From Tubiluchus corallicola (Eukaryota; Animalia; Priapulida), in NCBI GenBank assembly GCA_030141605.1, contig JAQGDQ010000066.1, forward strand, positions 496,001 through 560,000: a DNA stretch of 64,000 nt, read 5' to 3'. Below, piece after piece: positions 11,461 through 25,689 of the stretch. A program made the position numbers and the translations under genes. Within the stretch, counting starts at the first letter, position 1. Each line of letters starts with the position of its first letter. The notes under the pieces were generated by a model, which saw only the letters and a program-made list of their open reading frames with translations, was not told the DNA's origin and made no database searches.

Positions 11461-14398
11461 TGTACCTAATTTGTTGGTAGTAAACTTTCCTATATTCTTT
11501 GGCTGCACCAATATTAAATGAAATGCACTTTTGAGTTGGTATTTTTACATTAAATGTCAATAAAATTTTCCCATAAAGATTTTGTATTAAATTATAGACA
11601 TTTACAGTATTATATTGTAATACTCTTAACAGAAACATCCTTACTGTTACATAAATAAGCTCCAAAATCAGTATTTGTAGTGTTCAAGAAATGTGTTTAT
11701 TTCTCAACATGTGATAATCGTTTAAAAAGTTACTACTTGCACGATAATACAAATGTTTTAAGAGTTTATTGGGAATGGCACAAGCTTTTTTAAGCCGTGT
11801 AATCATGCAGATAATGGGCTGCAAACAAAAACGAAACAGGCTGTTCAACCCTCGCTTTATGTACTCTCTATAAACACTAGTGTCAAACAGCAAAAAAGAA
11901 TGTGTGTGTTACAGGTAAAGTGTGAAATAGTGTACTCTATAGAATGCCTTGGTGAGCCAAAAAAACCAGGTAAAGTTTCTAAAATGATCTCTCTTCCTAG
12001 GCATTATGTATGTATAATGCAAGTAAGTCTTTTAAGCTAATCATATACATGTATAAATCTTTTGCTTCAGATACAAGGTTAAAATTAAGAAAAGGTATTT
12101 ATTCAGGATGACTGGGCAAAGCTCATCTACAACAAGGACATGACTGGTGCAAACAATATTCAGATGCCAAAGAACATATATTTGGAACAAAAACAAAACA
12201 TATCAAAATTTAAAAGCAGTTCGAAAAATGAAATTTAAAAAACAATACAATTAGTCAGAATAATACTTTCGATGAAAACAAGTTGCTGTTGTTAGGCATT
12301 TTATAGAATGTTGAATAAATTTTAGGTACTGTAAAAGTAAAACAAATGGTCAATTGTTTTGATAAATTTTCCTGGGCATTTATCTGATACAAAGTGCATA
12401 ATTATTAAAGTTTGGTCATATTGTTGTCAAATTAATCTTTAAAAGCTACAAACAGCACAGTTTTCTATTGATCATCATGCAGACCGTAACAGAGCCTTGA
12501 CTTTTCACTCACAAAACAACTCTCAAATATGCTTGTTAAGTGGATCTGCCCTGTACACGGTTACATGGATTGGGTTTCTTTTATTCTAATGGGTGAATAA
12601 CTCTGTCTTCAACAATGCAGATTCTAAATTTTTATGAAAAATGGATCCTGACATCAGTAAACATTTCCCGTAATTTTCTAATGGAAACTTTTAACTGAGA
12701 AAAAACAACGTGCTACATCGAAGGACATCAGTAGTTCCATTCTAGTTGCGTTTTATACAGGATGGGTGCAGAAACGCCTAACAACTCTGTGCTTAAAATG
12801 AATGAACGATTTTAAAGTGATCTAGAAAAAGGCAGGCAAATACAGCAATGAAAACTATTTTTTAACTGCCGGGAATTAACTAATCATGTAAAAGACTGTA
12901 ACATTAGGGCAAAAAAGCAGCTTCCTCATTATTGACTATGGTGCGTGATCATAGTCAATATGGTTCCTGTAGAAGAAGGAAATGCTGCTGGAAAATGAAC
13001 TGCTCGACATATTCTGTGATACACATTTATCAATTGTGCAATCCCATAACTATTCTAAAATCCACTACTATATTATTTACTTGTTACTCGGTTACATTTT
13101 ACACATTGCCTGTGTAACATATGTACTAAGCACAGAAAAATAATACCATAAAAATTGCAATGTGATTTCCAAATGCATATAATTGTGTGCACACATTAAA
13201 GCTACCTCTAACCCTGTAAATTCATTTTTCAAGACACAGTTGCACTTAAACAACTGAGGTTTGCACTATCTGAGCCACAGGAGCTCATTGAGCCACGATA
13301 CAGCTTCATGAACTGCATAGTTAACAATGCAGGTGTCGCCATCTGCTAAAATCATTAATGATATTAAATCTAGTATGCCTTCAGTTGCTACTCTCATCAG
13401 CCTCAGACAAGGACAAGAAAATATTTTTCACAAATAAAGCTTAAAAATTCGTTTTGAAATTTTGTATCATTTACCATTTGTCTTATTGCATACAGAGCTT
13501 TTCTTCGCCTTTAATACTGAACATAAATGCAGAAAATGCATAACTTTTGCCCCTTATACAGTAGAATAGAAAAACATGGAGCAACATAAAGATATATTCT
13601 AACTAGCCATGCCCTCCAAGGAGAGCGCTATTGGGATTAGATATGAGATATGAAACCAAAGTTTTTATCGGCACAATGCATTATGGCAGCTGTAAAAATT
13701 AACAATAAAATATATAACCCTGTTAGAACAGTGAATTATATACTAGATGCAGCAAGCACGCGTCATGCATTCCATTCTACAATCTTTCACTGAAAAACAT
13801 TTCACTTCTCATGGAAACTTCTAACAACTTCCTTTTAAACTGACAACTTTTAAAAAGGTTTTTAACCTCTCATAATGACAAAGGTGCTAATAATCTTCGT
13901 AAAATAAACTAACTATGGATGTATGCGCTATACAGTATTGGCAGAAAACTGAAATTTATCCTAGCTCGTTTACTGCCACTCTGGCGGGATGCCAGGTAAA
14001 CAACAACAGAATTAATTTATACACTTCGGATCAGGATTGGAAACCTCTTAAACGGAATTCACTGAGTTTGAAAAAATTTGCTCACCAACTGCACAGGAGC
14101 ATGGGTCTTTTGTTTAGTATGTTTGATCTACACTATCAGTCAAAGTATGACATTAAATCTCTAACCGACCACTGATTACAAGTTTGGGAACCCGAACTTC
14201 CACTATCATTACATAACACTGAGTTGCAACAGTCACAACATCTCATGAAGTCAATAAATTCAGGAGACAGATGACCACAATACTGTTGTAGGCTATAAGT
14301 GAATGAACTGCATCATAACTACGCAATGGATATTACACAAACACGGCTTTCTGTGGGTAGGAAGCAGTTAAAATGCACTTGTACTATACAACAGTCAA

Positions 14399-17300
14399 TT
14401 ACACAAGCAAAGAATGGGTGGGCCTCTTGCCAGGCCAAGCCTCTTTTGCATATTTCTTTTTCTGTGGCTCATCTTCCATGCCCGGAGGAACAAGCTTTAC
14501 AGGTGCAGTCACAACAGGCACGGGTTTGATATCTGTTCGCTCAACATCTGGTGCCGGATTCGGCAATGCAAAGCCAAGTTTACCAGGCAGAGCAGTGGCA
14601 AATGGACTAACACCTTCGTTAGGATGCGGCATGTTGCCATAGAGATCTTCATTATCATGATGATGAGGCTGTAGTCGTCTAGCTGCTTGTTCAGCATGAC
14701 TGATAGGTGCTTGGCTATCTGACCGCATTTTCTATAAAGAATGCAAAAACATCACTAACAATTGACAAATAAAAATATGTATGCTAGGAAATGGGACACT
14801 GTTTAAAAGAAAGTAAGTACAATAAAAAAATTTATGCAGTTGGTGTTTTCATCGGGTAATCGAGTAATTACTGCGCTTTTACAGTAGGTACACCTACTAG
14901 CAGACTAATAACTGCTGCATTGGCAGTGTGCCAGGCCAACAGCCAGTAGAGGGAAGCCAGATCAAACCATTTTTGCTGTAGCAGTGACTTACAAAAAAAA
15001 CTATGATTTCTTTAACAAGAGGTTAATTATTCAAATGAAAACCTATTTCACCTAGACCACTGACAAAGACACGAATAAACGGATTGTTGAGTTTAACAGC
15101 ACACAAAAAGGATAATATAGATTATTTTATTCCCCCAATCCTTATTGTGTATTAATAGTGCCCAGTGTGATACTACATCAGCTTACGTAGCTAACTCACT
15201 GACAAAGCGTGCAATGAAGTAATTAACGTTTGGCAGATGAAATCACATGATAAAACTCAGTCTAATGCCTTGTGTGGGAAAACACTAACTTTTGCGACTC
15301 ACAGCTCGGGCGTTTAGGCTTTCAGTGTGTAACAAATGAATGCTTGCTAACATAACAGTTCAGTTAGTTAAAATGCACCAGTGGTTGTTTTTATATGTGA
15401 CTACAAATGATTACAGTTTCTTCACTGACACTAAATCTTAACAATCGGGTACCCAACGGGTATAAGGAATAGGATACCAAGTCTGATTTTTGTTACCAAT
15501 TTAAAAACTACAGTTATTAATAGGAATTAACTGGTGTTGTATGAAACTATTTTGTTTACAGTCGAATCCCAGTACTACGATTTTAACGAGACTCAGATAT
15601 TTTTCGTATTTAAGCGTGTTTCGTGCTATCCATTACGTACAATTTTATTAATTCTCAATGTTATTTCTAATGTAAAATAGCAATTATATGAAGCCTGTAA
15701 TCTCTGCACTGGTTATATTTTGATCAGTGAACATAATTTAAGTTTGCTTACCCCCCTGATAGTAGGCGTAGCCATGATACTGTATACATGTGCATTATGC
15801 TATGATGCATAATGAGTAAAAACAATCGAGCTGTTGGCACTGTTAGCAACAAGTAAAGGGTGCCTAGATGGGGTGGACCACAGCAGAAATCGTATTACTG
15901 CAAAAAGTGTTTTTCATATTGAACTTATATTGGAGGGTCTTTGAGAAACCATCATATAAAACAGGGTTTCGTAATAACAAGTTTGGTGTTAACCATAAGT
16001 CAGGTGTTATTATAATCCTAGTAGGGACATAACAAAATCATCGCACTACTGACAGTTTTTTATAAACCGAATTGTATTACTGAGATTCGACTGTATTACA
16101 AAATTCTTTTTATAATCCAAGAAAATGTTACAGGCTGGAGTAAATAAAATAAATAAATTACCAATCAACTGTAATCATGATCTTCAGTACGCTGAGCTCA
16201 CATAGTGTGCTTATATTACAGTATAGGCTAGAATATGTACACATTTTACAGGTTCGGTAGTAAAATTATTACACTCAATGTCGCGAGCAGTGGAAAAAAG
16301 CCACATTCGAGCTGTAGTGTAGACTGATGCACAGTATACAGTGTGGCGTACTGCCAATGTTTTCTCAGTCACACAGTTGTCAAAAAAATTTTCTATATAT
16401 ATATAAACGTATCATCTAAATGCAATAATCTGTCAACAAACAATGTAACTTTCCGAATATGGGAATAAGTACGACCACTACCTTATTTGGAATAAATGCT
16501 GTCGACACCATGTTGCGAAAACGGCCAACTGATGGATCAATATCCTCTGCGAATGAAAGAAAAATCACAAAAATTAACTGTCATTATCTAATAAATAATC
16601 ACCAAAAACAAAAATATTAAAGCTAGTAAAGTTAGCAAGTATTACTGTCATATATACAGGTATTATCAGTAGCAAATCAACAAACTGCTTGTAATTTATA
16701 ATGCAACTTATCCCAGTTGGGCAGCATTTTTAAATTTCATATATCATAGTACAATGCAATCATTCCAGTACATGCAAATTAAATATTGTGGCTTAAAATA
16801 CAGTAACACATTCTGCCAAGTCTGAAATGGAATAATAGTATGCCAACTGCCAAATGTAAGTATGCATTTTGGTGTTTATGCTAATGTTTCCCATTCATTA
16901 ACAAGATTATACAAACTTATCAGATCACATGACAAAGAAGTCTGCACTTGATTTGCAAATACAAACAAACTGTGACATTTATATATGTGAGAGAAGCTGA
17001 TTGAGTCTAGAATTTCCTAATTTGGCAAAATTATTATGTTTCACTATAAAAGAGCTGCAATTTTATTTTACGACAGTCGGGCACACAGCGGTCAATTTGA
17101 CAATCAGCATCTCGAATGCTTAGTAAAGAAACTTGAAATTTTAGTCCAAAAAAAGTTGAAGTTTTTAATTAATGGGGAATGTCTTAGTTATAATGGCAAA
17201 CTTCATTTCTAAAAATTCTAGCTGATCAAAAGTTAGAGTTTAGCCAAGTGACCACCAGCATGATATTTGTTGTTAAAGTTACGATTAGTGAAAACTTTCA

Positions 17301-20300
17301 GCTATTCACATAAAAAACTGGATTCTTTAAAAATAACGTTCATCACTTCATCACTGAATACGATATATGACCAATTAGTTTCTTATAATTTTACCAACCT
17401 GGATTAATTATTTCTTCATCTAAGCTGAAACTAACATGTACGAGTTTCTTCTTCCCCCGTTTGCCGCGCACCATTTCTCCTTCACTTTCCGGGATGCCGA
17501 ATGTTGTCACACGTCGATTGTGTGCTGTGTTGAACTCAGTGAGGTTCTAATTAAAACAAAAGAATTAGTTTATCTGTCTATTAAATTCCATTTTTAAAAT
17601 AATTTTTTGAGTTTTTCACTTGACAGTCAGAAGGATGTTAGCAGCGTAGAAGCATTTTTTAATGTACATGTAACCACGAAAAGTGTTACACAAAAACAAA
17701 TAAAACAAATTTGACAGAGACAGATACGTATTACTAGTATCTAAGTATTATACTTTTAACAAATTTTAAAACATTGCAAATTTGCTAATAAATTTTGTAT
17801 AACATGAATCTTAATGTTTATCATTATAATCAATACTGATACGGGATAGAACTAAATAAAATTACATTTAAATCTAATTAATTCCGTCTATTCATTTCAG
17901 ATAAAAGTTTCCATAGGTCTCATTTTCATGATTTAAAAGATAACAATTCTCTGTATGTTTGTGCTAAAACAGAACACTGTGGAAGACAAATTTATACATC
18001 CTGCTATAAAAATTAAAGTAGGGCTCAAAATTTTGACAATAAAACAATGCTTCTATTGTACTCTCTACAGCAGATAATTGAAAACAACATTGACACAGGA
18101 TGAGATGATTCAGTTGTCAATTGAACATGCGTTAGTTGTACAAAAGCTTGTAAGTTAAAGCAATCAAAGCGCAGGCAATGTAAATTGCTCAGTTCGTTGC
18201 TGCCAGCACTCAAATGTGTTCAAACAATGATTTTCTAAGTTCAAATTGAATATTGCATGCAAATATTCCCCAGAACCAATTAAGATTAATTTTTACATCA
18301 AGTTCAGTCTCAGTTTCCGGCAACCCCAACAAGCCTCCTTCCATTTCATCACTGTCATCTGTTAGACCTTTTGGCTTTGCTTGTGGACGCTCCCGGATGA
18401 TGTAAGTTCGTGTTGAGGCACCAAATGTCAGTATAGAGTCGAGTGGAACCTGTTGGGGTTTATGAGACTCCAGACGAATGGTGCCAAGAAATGTGCCATG
18501 AGCTAAACAAAATCACTCTATTAACGCACTAACTAACTTAAATACAGAAGTAAAACTACTTGAATGTGATCAATTTAGCCTGTATAGAATCTTACAAACA
18601 TTATATTATAATTATCTTACAATATTACAAACATTAACTCTCGGCCACAGGAAAAGGGGTGCAAAAATATCACAAGTGTCTTTATTGAGTTATAACATTT
18701 TGCCATGAAGCCACTAGTACTTGTCCTCTTTTGTGTTTAAATGATTATCTATTTATTACAAGCAGATTTAATTAGACCTCTTACACGTCACTTACTTTTA
18801 TTATAACATTAATTACAACAGTGGTGGTAGGTAAAAATGAGAAAGTAAGCAAATGCAAGATATTTTTATAGTGCATGTTAGCTGACTTTGAAATTTGCCA
18901 AATTTGTTGTGAAAAACAGGCCTATATTTAGGCCTTGGAGGCCTAACTGAACAAAGAAACATAATTTACTATAAATAAAAATACGCCTGCTGAAAATTTA
19001 TAGTTTAAACTTGATACAGCACATGTCAGTATGAAAAAGTAGCCAAAGATATGACAAATGTTTAGCGACTAACCGAAGCAGTACAGTGGCGTTTGTTCTA
19101 TATTTGTGCTCTGGGTGTGACTACACCCCTCTGCCAGTATTCACATGAAATATTTCATGTGGCTGAGGGTTAAACAGTAAACTGTGGTGAATGTGTTAAA
19201 AACAGAGCAAATCAGCACAGCAAAGTGATCACAGGCAAATTATTCCAAATAAAAAATAACAGGTTGATGCAAAACTGCTTGCTAATACTTACTGCTGCCA
19301 AGGTCTACCAAGAAGCATCTATTTAGATGTTTATGCCAAAGAAGTGCTGAATGCACTCGCGAACATGAACCATGATCTGTGCAAAAATCTACAACATCCC
19401 GGTTTCTTCCAAATAAGTAAAATCTCTTCTCATCAATCATGAGTTTCTATACAAAGCAAATAAACCACAAATTCATGAACATAATAAAGATGGTTTGATA
19501 TAGCAACCGAATCATGTAACAATGTCTAAATGTGCTGCTAGGTTTTTGTAAGCTGACATCATTGGATGCCAGCTCAAAACTTATCTTTTCACTCAGACAA
19601 AATATTAGTCACATGAAATGTTGACTGTTAACAATAACTTGCAAGTACACAGTACAATAGTCACACTTACATACTTACCTGTATTAACTTGCCATCTTTC
19701 AAAACATCAAGGTGTAGTCCTACAGGTGGCTTACCTGCCCTAAAACAAAAAACACACTAACACATTGACTGCCATGCCATTATAAAGGTATTTCTTTACA
19801 ACTGCCAAGCAAATAATAACACATAGCTGGCATATGACATCACAAATGCCTGCTTGCACTTAAAATCTTACAGTATCAGAGCTGGCTTTACCGCCAGGCA
19901 AACTAGACTGTTGCCTAGGGTACCAAATTTTGCAATTCAATGCAATTAACTTTTATGTTTAGCATAAGTAATAACGTAACTTATGTGCAATTACTTAAGC
20001 GCACAATACCAATTAAATGAAACGAACTCTTGCATTATTTTCCTGCTAAAATGTATGATTCTTCGATACATAGCTTCGACAAGGAGCTTTTTTCCCTCAG
20101 CAAAACACCATCTTATCTACTTTTGCTTTACCTGGTTTCTTAAGATTACGTCATTTCATGCAGACGTTACTGACCTTGCCTGCTTTGGCCCACAGAGCAG
20201 CAGAGAAAGTTACGGCTCCTCCCGTTAACAAAAAAGTTTCTTACAATAGCATTTATATAATTTTGACAAATAAGCCTGTAAGAATCTAGGCCTTCAGGAC

Positions 20301-20972
20301 CGTAATACAGGAAATGAAAGGTAAAATGATAGGAAAGGTAAAAAAGATAGGGAATGAACAGCAAAACGATTCCCTACCGAAGTATTTGTTACTGGACAAG
20401 ATAAAGAAACTAATCAAATGGATCTATGTGAAAAACAGCAGTCAGTGCTTCAAAAATTTGCAGATGAAAAGGCCGAGAGACATTCTAGCCAAGAGCAAAT
20501 GTACATGAACAGCATGCAGCGGAAATTGTAAAAAAATTGATTGCTCCTAAAGATCCAGGATGTACAATGAGGTCAAAAATTCCATTTTAAATGAAATCAA
20601 CACAAGTTGTAGATAGGTAATGAAGTTAATTAGAACACAAGCTTAACACACAATTCACGTCAAACATATTGGAGTATCGCTCTGCCTCCGCTGCGACGTC
20701 AGCACAACTGAGCGGCATTCATGACATCAGCTCCCACTGAATGACAACTCTCTTTAGTAAACAACATCACAACTAATGTCAAATCAGTGAACACACTGAT
20801 TATGCTTTTTCATTCGCAAATTTATGCATAATCATTTCTAATTGCCTTCACCATTTTTTGTATTATTATAGTAGTGAAAGTGGTAATACTATAATGCTGG
20901 AAAATGTACTTACCATGAAGGTGGTTCATATGGCACTGGCCGAAGTGTCTTTGACGACTCTTTTGCTGACAT
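14399..20972 (-). CDS. PPP1R8: Nuclear inhibitor of protein phosphatase 1 (NIPP1), 7 coding exons
   Basis: Exons 20972-20914, 19739-19679, 19446-19293, 18502-18297, 17546-17399, 16546-16482 and 14731-14399 splice in frame. FHA domain (WAGKPPVGLHLDVLK...YLFGRN...SCSRVHSAL...DLGSTHGTFLG), LLGLPETETELDNLTEFNTAHN, IINPEDIDPSVGRFRNMV, and C-terminus KKKYAKEAWPGKRPTHSLLV. Confidence 0.97.
15559..16093. mobile_element. Tc1/mariner (pogo/Tigger-like) MITE in the last PPP1R8 intron
   Basis: TIR CAGTCGAATCCCAGTACTACGA versus CAGTCGAATCTCAGTAATACAA (reverse complement of the right end), with TA on both flanks. Confidence 0.8.
19878..20500 (+). mobile_element. Possible hAT transposon remnant in a PPP1R8 intron
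   Basis: Begins CAGAGCTGGCTTTA...GCCTAGGG (hAT-MITE-like end). Near 20420-20485 it reads MDLCEKQQSVLQKFADEKAERH, resembling hAT transposase C-termini. Right TIR not found. Confidence 0.3.
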
Positions 20973-21799
20973 TACTGATTTGTAGTTAGTAGCTGCTGAT
21001 CACAGCTACTTGCTTCTGTCGCCAATATAGTTCTTTTATTTTTCCATACCTACTGAACAGTTCACTGCATAGGAAAATAAAAACATTGTATTGCACAGCA
21101 TTAAATTCCTGTAAGTTTAGTATTAGTTATCTATGCAAAAATTGTTCACTCAGGACATGACCAATTCTTGATCAGATGTCTGATTACATAAGTAGCTACA
21201 TTAGATATGCAGATACCACACTGTATAATGCACACACAGAATTTAAGCAAATGGAGGTACATGTACAAATGTGCCTGTCTAATATGTGACTTGACCTCTA
21301 TTTGAAAAACAGTTAACATACAAGAACATACTTAGTGCCTTCACCGTGCACTGAATGCTGTGTAAAACATTTTTTATTCTCGAAAAACGCCAATTATTCC
21401 GCAACTTGCACTATTTTTTTTGGAATTTGTCAAAAATTAAAAAAACTTAGCCAAATTAGATGCAGTAACTTAAGCAGAATATACGACCAGAAAGCTATTT
21501 CATATCAAAGTATACGAATTCTGCATGTACACAATTAAAGACTAAAAGGTTAGATGCTAAATCAATAAACGATTTCACTTATGCCCGGTATCGATTTCTA
21601 ACGCCTCCACTTGATTAAATTTCATTTTATGTACACACACTTGCAACTGCCATCCGTAAACAGTCACTGATGCAATGTATATAACAAGGTGTTAGAGTTC
21701 ACATGATTATGACTCTGATTAATGTTATCGGTAACAGAAACGCTTGGTACTTAGTTATGTTTATTCAGGTAAATTAGAGGTAAATTGTGAGGGTTTCCC

Positions 21800-24700
21800 A
21801 TGTTGCCAAAAATGGTGGTAAAAAATTTCCTTTGTCTGTGAAATTTTTCCTTTGAAATTGAGTAATGCTGCTGATGTTATATTTTTGTGTGAACTTCTTA
21901 CCTATTATTGTACTCTGCTCCTTGCTGAAGTTTTTATTGGACTCAATGCTGAGCCATTCTTAGAATTTAAGGTTCCTAAGGTGGTAACTAGTTCTGACGT
22001 CTCTCGATTGAACCGCCTTTTTGACTTTTGCTTTGTAGATGTGGACTGTTGCAGAATATCTACTAGATTAGTACTTTGAAGTGTTAAAAACACTGTTTTA
22101 ATGGATGTTAATGCTGATATGAGTAGTAACAAGAGTAGTTCCAGTGCTGAGAGTAGTAAGCCTTCTCATTGTCGTAGCACTAGAAGTAGCAGTGCTCTAT
22201 TATTGCAACAACCTGTCCAAGCCAATTTGAAAAATAGTAACCATCATGCTGTTGCTGTTGTTCAAAGCCATGGTGTGGGAAATAGTCCCATGAAAATTGC
22301 TTTGAAAAGCTCTCCTGTTTCTAAGCAAAAAGGGACAAATAGCAAAAAGTCAGCCAAGCAGCCTGCTGTTTCTGTGCTTAGCAAACAATGTTAACTGCCT
22401 ACTAGTGATGAAATGATAAATAAAAAATCCACAATTGATGACTATGATAGCTGTTGTGAAGTATGCCAATGCGTGATTTTGAGTAGTACCAGTGCTATGC
22501 AGTGTGATCGATGACATCTTTGATTTTGTACTTCTTGCCTTAATATGGATGATGCCACTTATCGTGCCCATTGTACTCTAGGCATTTCAAGCTCTTGGTT
22601 TTGTTCTGAATGCCATCCCAAAGCTCTTAAAGCTATTGCTACTGATAAGACCATTGATGACAACATGCATGAGCTGTCAAAAATGATCGATACTAAGTTT
22701 GAAGCTATGAATGCTATTGCCGGTGATGTTGCTGTCTTGACTGCAAAAGTTGACAAGCTGTCCACTAATGACAAAAGAATTTCTGCATTGCCAAAAGATG
22801 TTGTATCTCTAGTGGAGAAGATCAAATCTCTAGTGTATGAGCCTATTGAGAAGCAAAGACGATCTAAGAATATTATTTTAAAGCGTGTACCTGAATCCTC
22901 AGCCATTGATCCTTCTGTTGCTCTCGCAAATGATAAAGCCAAATATCTACAAATTCTCAGTATGCTTGATTGTTCTACTGAGCCTGTTGTAGTTAGATGT
23001 CTTGATGCTAAAAAAGCAGATGTGATCTGACCCATCCTTTAATTCCTTTTTGATTTAACTCGGAATCTACAGTGTCTTTCCTACTACAGAACAAACAATG
23101 TCTGAAAGATGTTGGTTTCTGGTACAATGAAGTCTTTACTAATGCAGATTTAACTTTGCTGGATCATCAAAGAATTGTAACACAAGTAAAAGCTGCTGCA
23201 TCTAGAAGTCGTCAAAATGCAGTAATTTTGCAAGATGTTCTCTCGCAATGCAACAATGATTCGAAGACTTGTATCACCCACTCTGTAGCTCAGCGTGACG
23301 ATGGCCGTATAATTGGAAGAAATGGTGGAGTCATCTCCACACTAAGATCTAAGCACGATGTTACTATTAATGATCATGATACTAGTATCAAGTTTTCTGT
23401 TGATTTCTCTTACACGTATGAAAATATTAGACCTTGGAGAGACTTTTGAAAAGCTTCACTACCTCAGTTGCGTGATTTTTTTTTGCAAACACTGACTAGG
23501 TAATGAGATGTGTAATCGTGATGTTATAAGTTCTTGGAACGTTTTCCTCCATTCCTACAACTATGCAGTAGATGACTTCGTCCCTCTAAGGGGAATCTCT
23601 ATATCTCAGTGTAAAAAATTATGTGTACCCTGGGAAAATGATAAATGTGTCCGTCAAGCTAAATCTAAAGAGCTTAAACTTTGGAGGCTGTGGAACCGTA
23701 CTAATCTGTGTAGCGCCCTTGCTGAGTATACCAGACAATCCCAGCAGTTAAGATTGTCTATTCGCCATGCAAGATGAGGAACGAAAATAGGCTTGCAAGC
23801 AGGCTGACCAAAATGGAAGGAATTCTTCAGGTATAGTAAATACTTCTTGAAGCCTTCCAACCGTATAAAAAGATTGCTTAAAAGATTGTAACAATGATGT
23901 TGTTACTTGTCCTAAAAAGGTCGCTTCTACAATAAATGATGCTTCCTGTTCTTTCTTCATCCATGAACCTGATGATAATGCCTTGCCTATTCCTTCTTCT
24001 GGCTGGAATGCTGATTCTCTGAATGACATTAATTTCAGTATTAACGGTGTAGCTTATTAACATGCTAAGCTTATTAAATCAACACCATTTAAAGCTAGAT
24101 GGCCCGATGAAGTCCATGGCTTTATTTTGAAATCCTGTGCTCTCCAGCTTGCTCTCCCTCTTTTCCTGTTGTTCCTTGATTCTGGAGTCCTCACCCAATG
24201 TTGGCTTATCTGTTGGCAAACAGTCAAATGCATGTCCTTCATGTGATGATTTTCGCCCCATATTTTTGTCATCTGTAGTTGTCAAATGCTTTGAATCTAT
24301 TTTGTGGGACGAGATTCTAACCTTTCTTATTCAAACTGAATGAATATGCAAGTCCACATGGTTCTCTTCCTCTTCGTTCAGTCGTATCTAATCTATTGTC
24401 ATGTTTAAATCAGTGGACTGGCTTCTTCGATGATCCTACTTTGCCTGGTATCGATATACTTCATCTTGACTTCAAAAAGACATTTGATTCTGTCCCCCGT
24501 CAATGTCTCTTACTTAAGATGGAATATTCTGGTATAAGAGGTAAGCTTCTTAAGTGGTTCAGTTACTTTCTTACTCATCGTTTTTCAACGTGTTGTTCTT
24601 CACGGTTTAACCACTGAATGGCGCCCCGTTATAAGTGGTATCCCTCAAGGAACCTTGAGTGGCCCATACTGCTTCCTTATTTTTATAAATGATATTACCA

Positions 24701-25545
24701 ATTGTATTTCCCCAGGGACTAGCACACCGTTATTTGTTGATGATTTAAAGCCCTTTCGTCCGATTTGGGACGATCTTGATCGTTATATTTTACAACATGG
24801 CTTGGATGAAATTTTAGGCTGGTGCTGTAAATGGTTGATGACACTTAAACCTAGTAAATGTGCTTTACTTAGAATATGGCCTAAATCTAATACGCTTTAC
24901 TCTCTAAATAATGCTCAAATAGCTGAAAAAAGTTGTATCAGAGACTTGAGCGTAATGATTTCTAAAGACCTCAAATGGAATTCCCATGTGAGTCATATCA
25001 TTACTAAAGCAAACCGTCGTATTGGCATGATTAAGCAGTGTGTGATATCGAGAAATGCAGCAGTAATTATTCCTCTCTATAAAAGCTGTTGTTCGACCCA
25101 TTCTGGAATACCGTGTCGGTTGTATGGTAACCCCAGTATGCTACTCTCAAGAATGCTTTTGAAAGAACTCGGGATAGATGTACTTGTCTTGCTATTGATT
25201 TGGATCCCGCTTCAATTTCTACTCTTGAGCAAAGGCGTGAGACTGTAGACCTTGTGAACTGCTTCAAAATAATTAGTGGAACTACTATTCTGACTAAAGC
25301 AGATTTTTTTCCAGGCCTCACAGAATTCTTCGTGGTCATGTGTCTAAGTTATTTGTACAACCAGCTAGAACCAACATCAGATCACATTTCTTTTCAGCAT
25401 CGTGTGGTTCAACAATGGAATTATCTTTCATCATCAACCATCAGCGCTTCATCAGTTGACAGTTTCAAAAGGCATATGAGAGATGACCGTTTCTAGATAG
25501 TTACCATCTAGATGATCTAGGTCCTTATTTCTTTGGATAAGGTAT
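21800..25545 (+). mobile_element. Degenerate near-full-length LINE (CR1/L2 group), ORF1 with PHD finger, endonuclease largely deleted
   Basis: ORF1 remnants: PHD (CEVCQ...AMQCD...FCTSCL...WFCSEC, about 22450-22615), coiled coil, EKQRRSKNIILKRVPES, VFTNADLT. ORF2 RT remnants: DGPDEVHGFILK, LDFKKTFDSVP, SGIPQG, FLIFINDI, LFVDDLK, PSKC, DLKWNSHV, TLEQRRETVDL, HRVVQQWNYL. Many stops and frameshifts. 5' boundary approximate. Confidence 0.9.
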
Positions 25546-25689
25546 GTTAATGTCGCGGCGTCAGTAACGGTCGATTTTACAAATATAATATAGAAAATTA
25601 CCCATTTCAGAAAACCTTGAAAAGATACTATCATTTCTTTTTGAGGAAATTCTTTATTTAAACCGGTCTAAACAGAAAACAAATTATTG

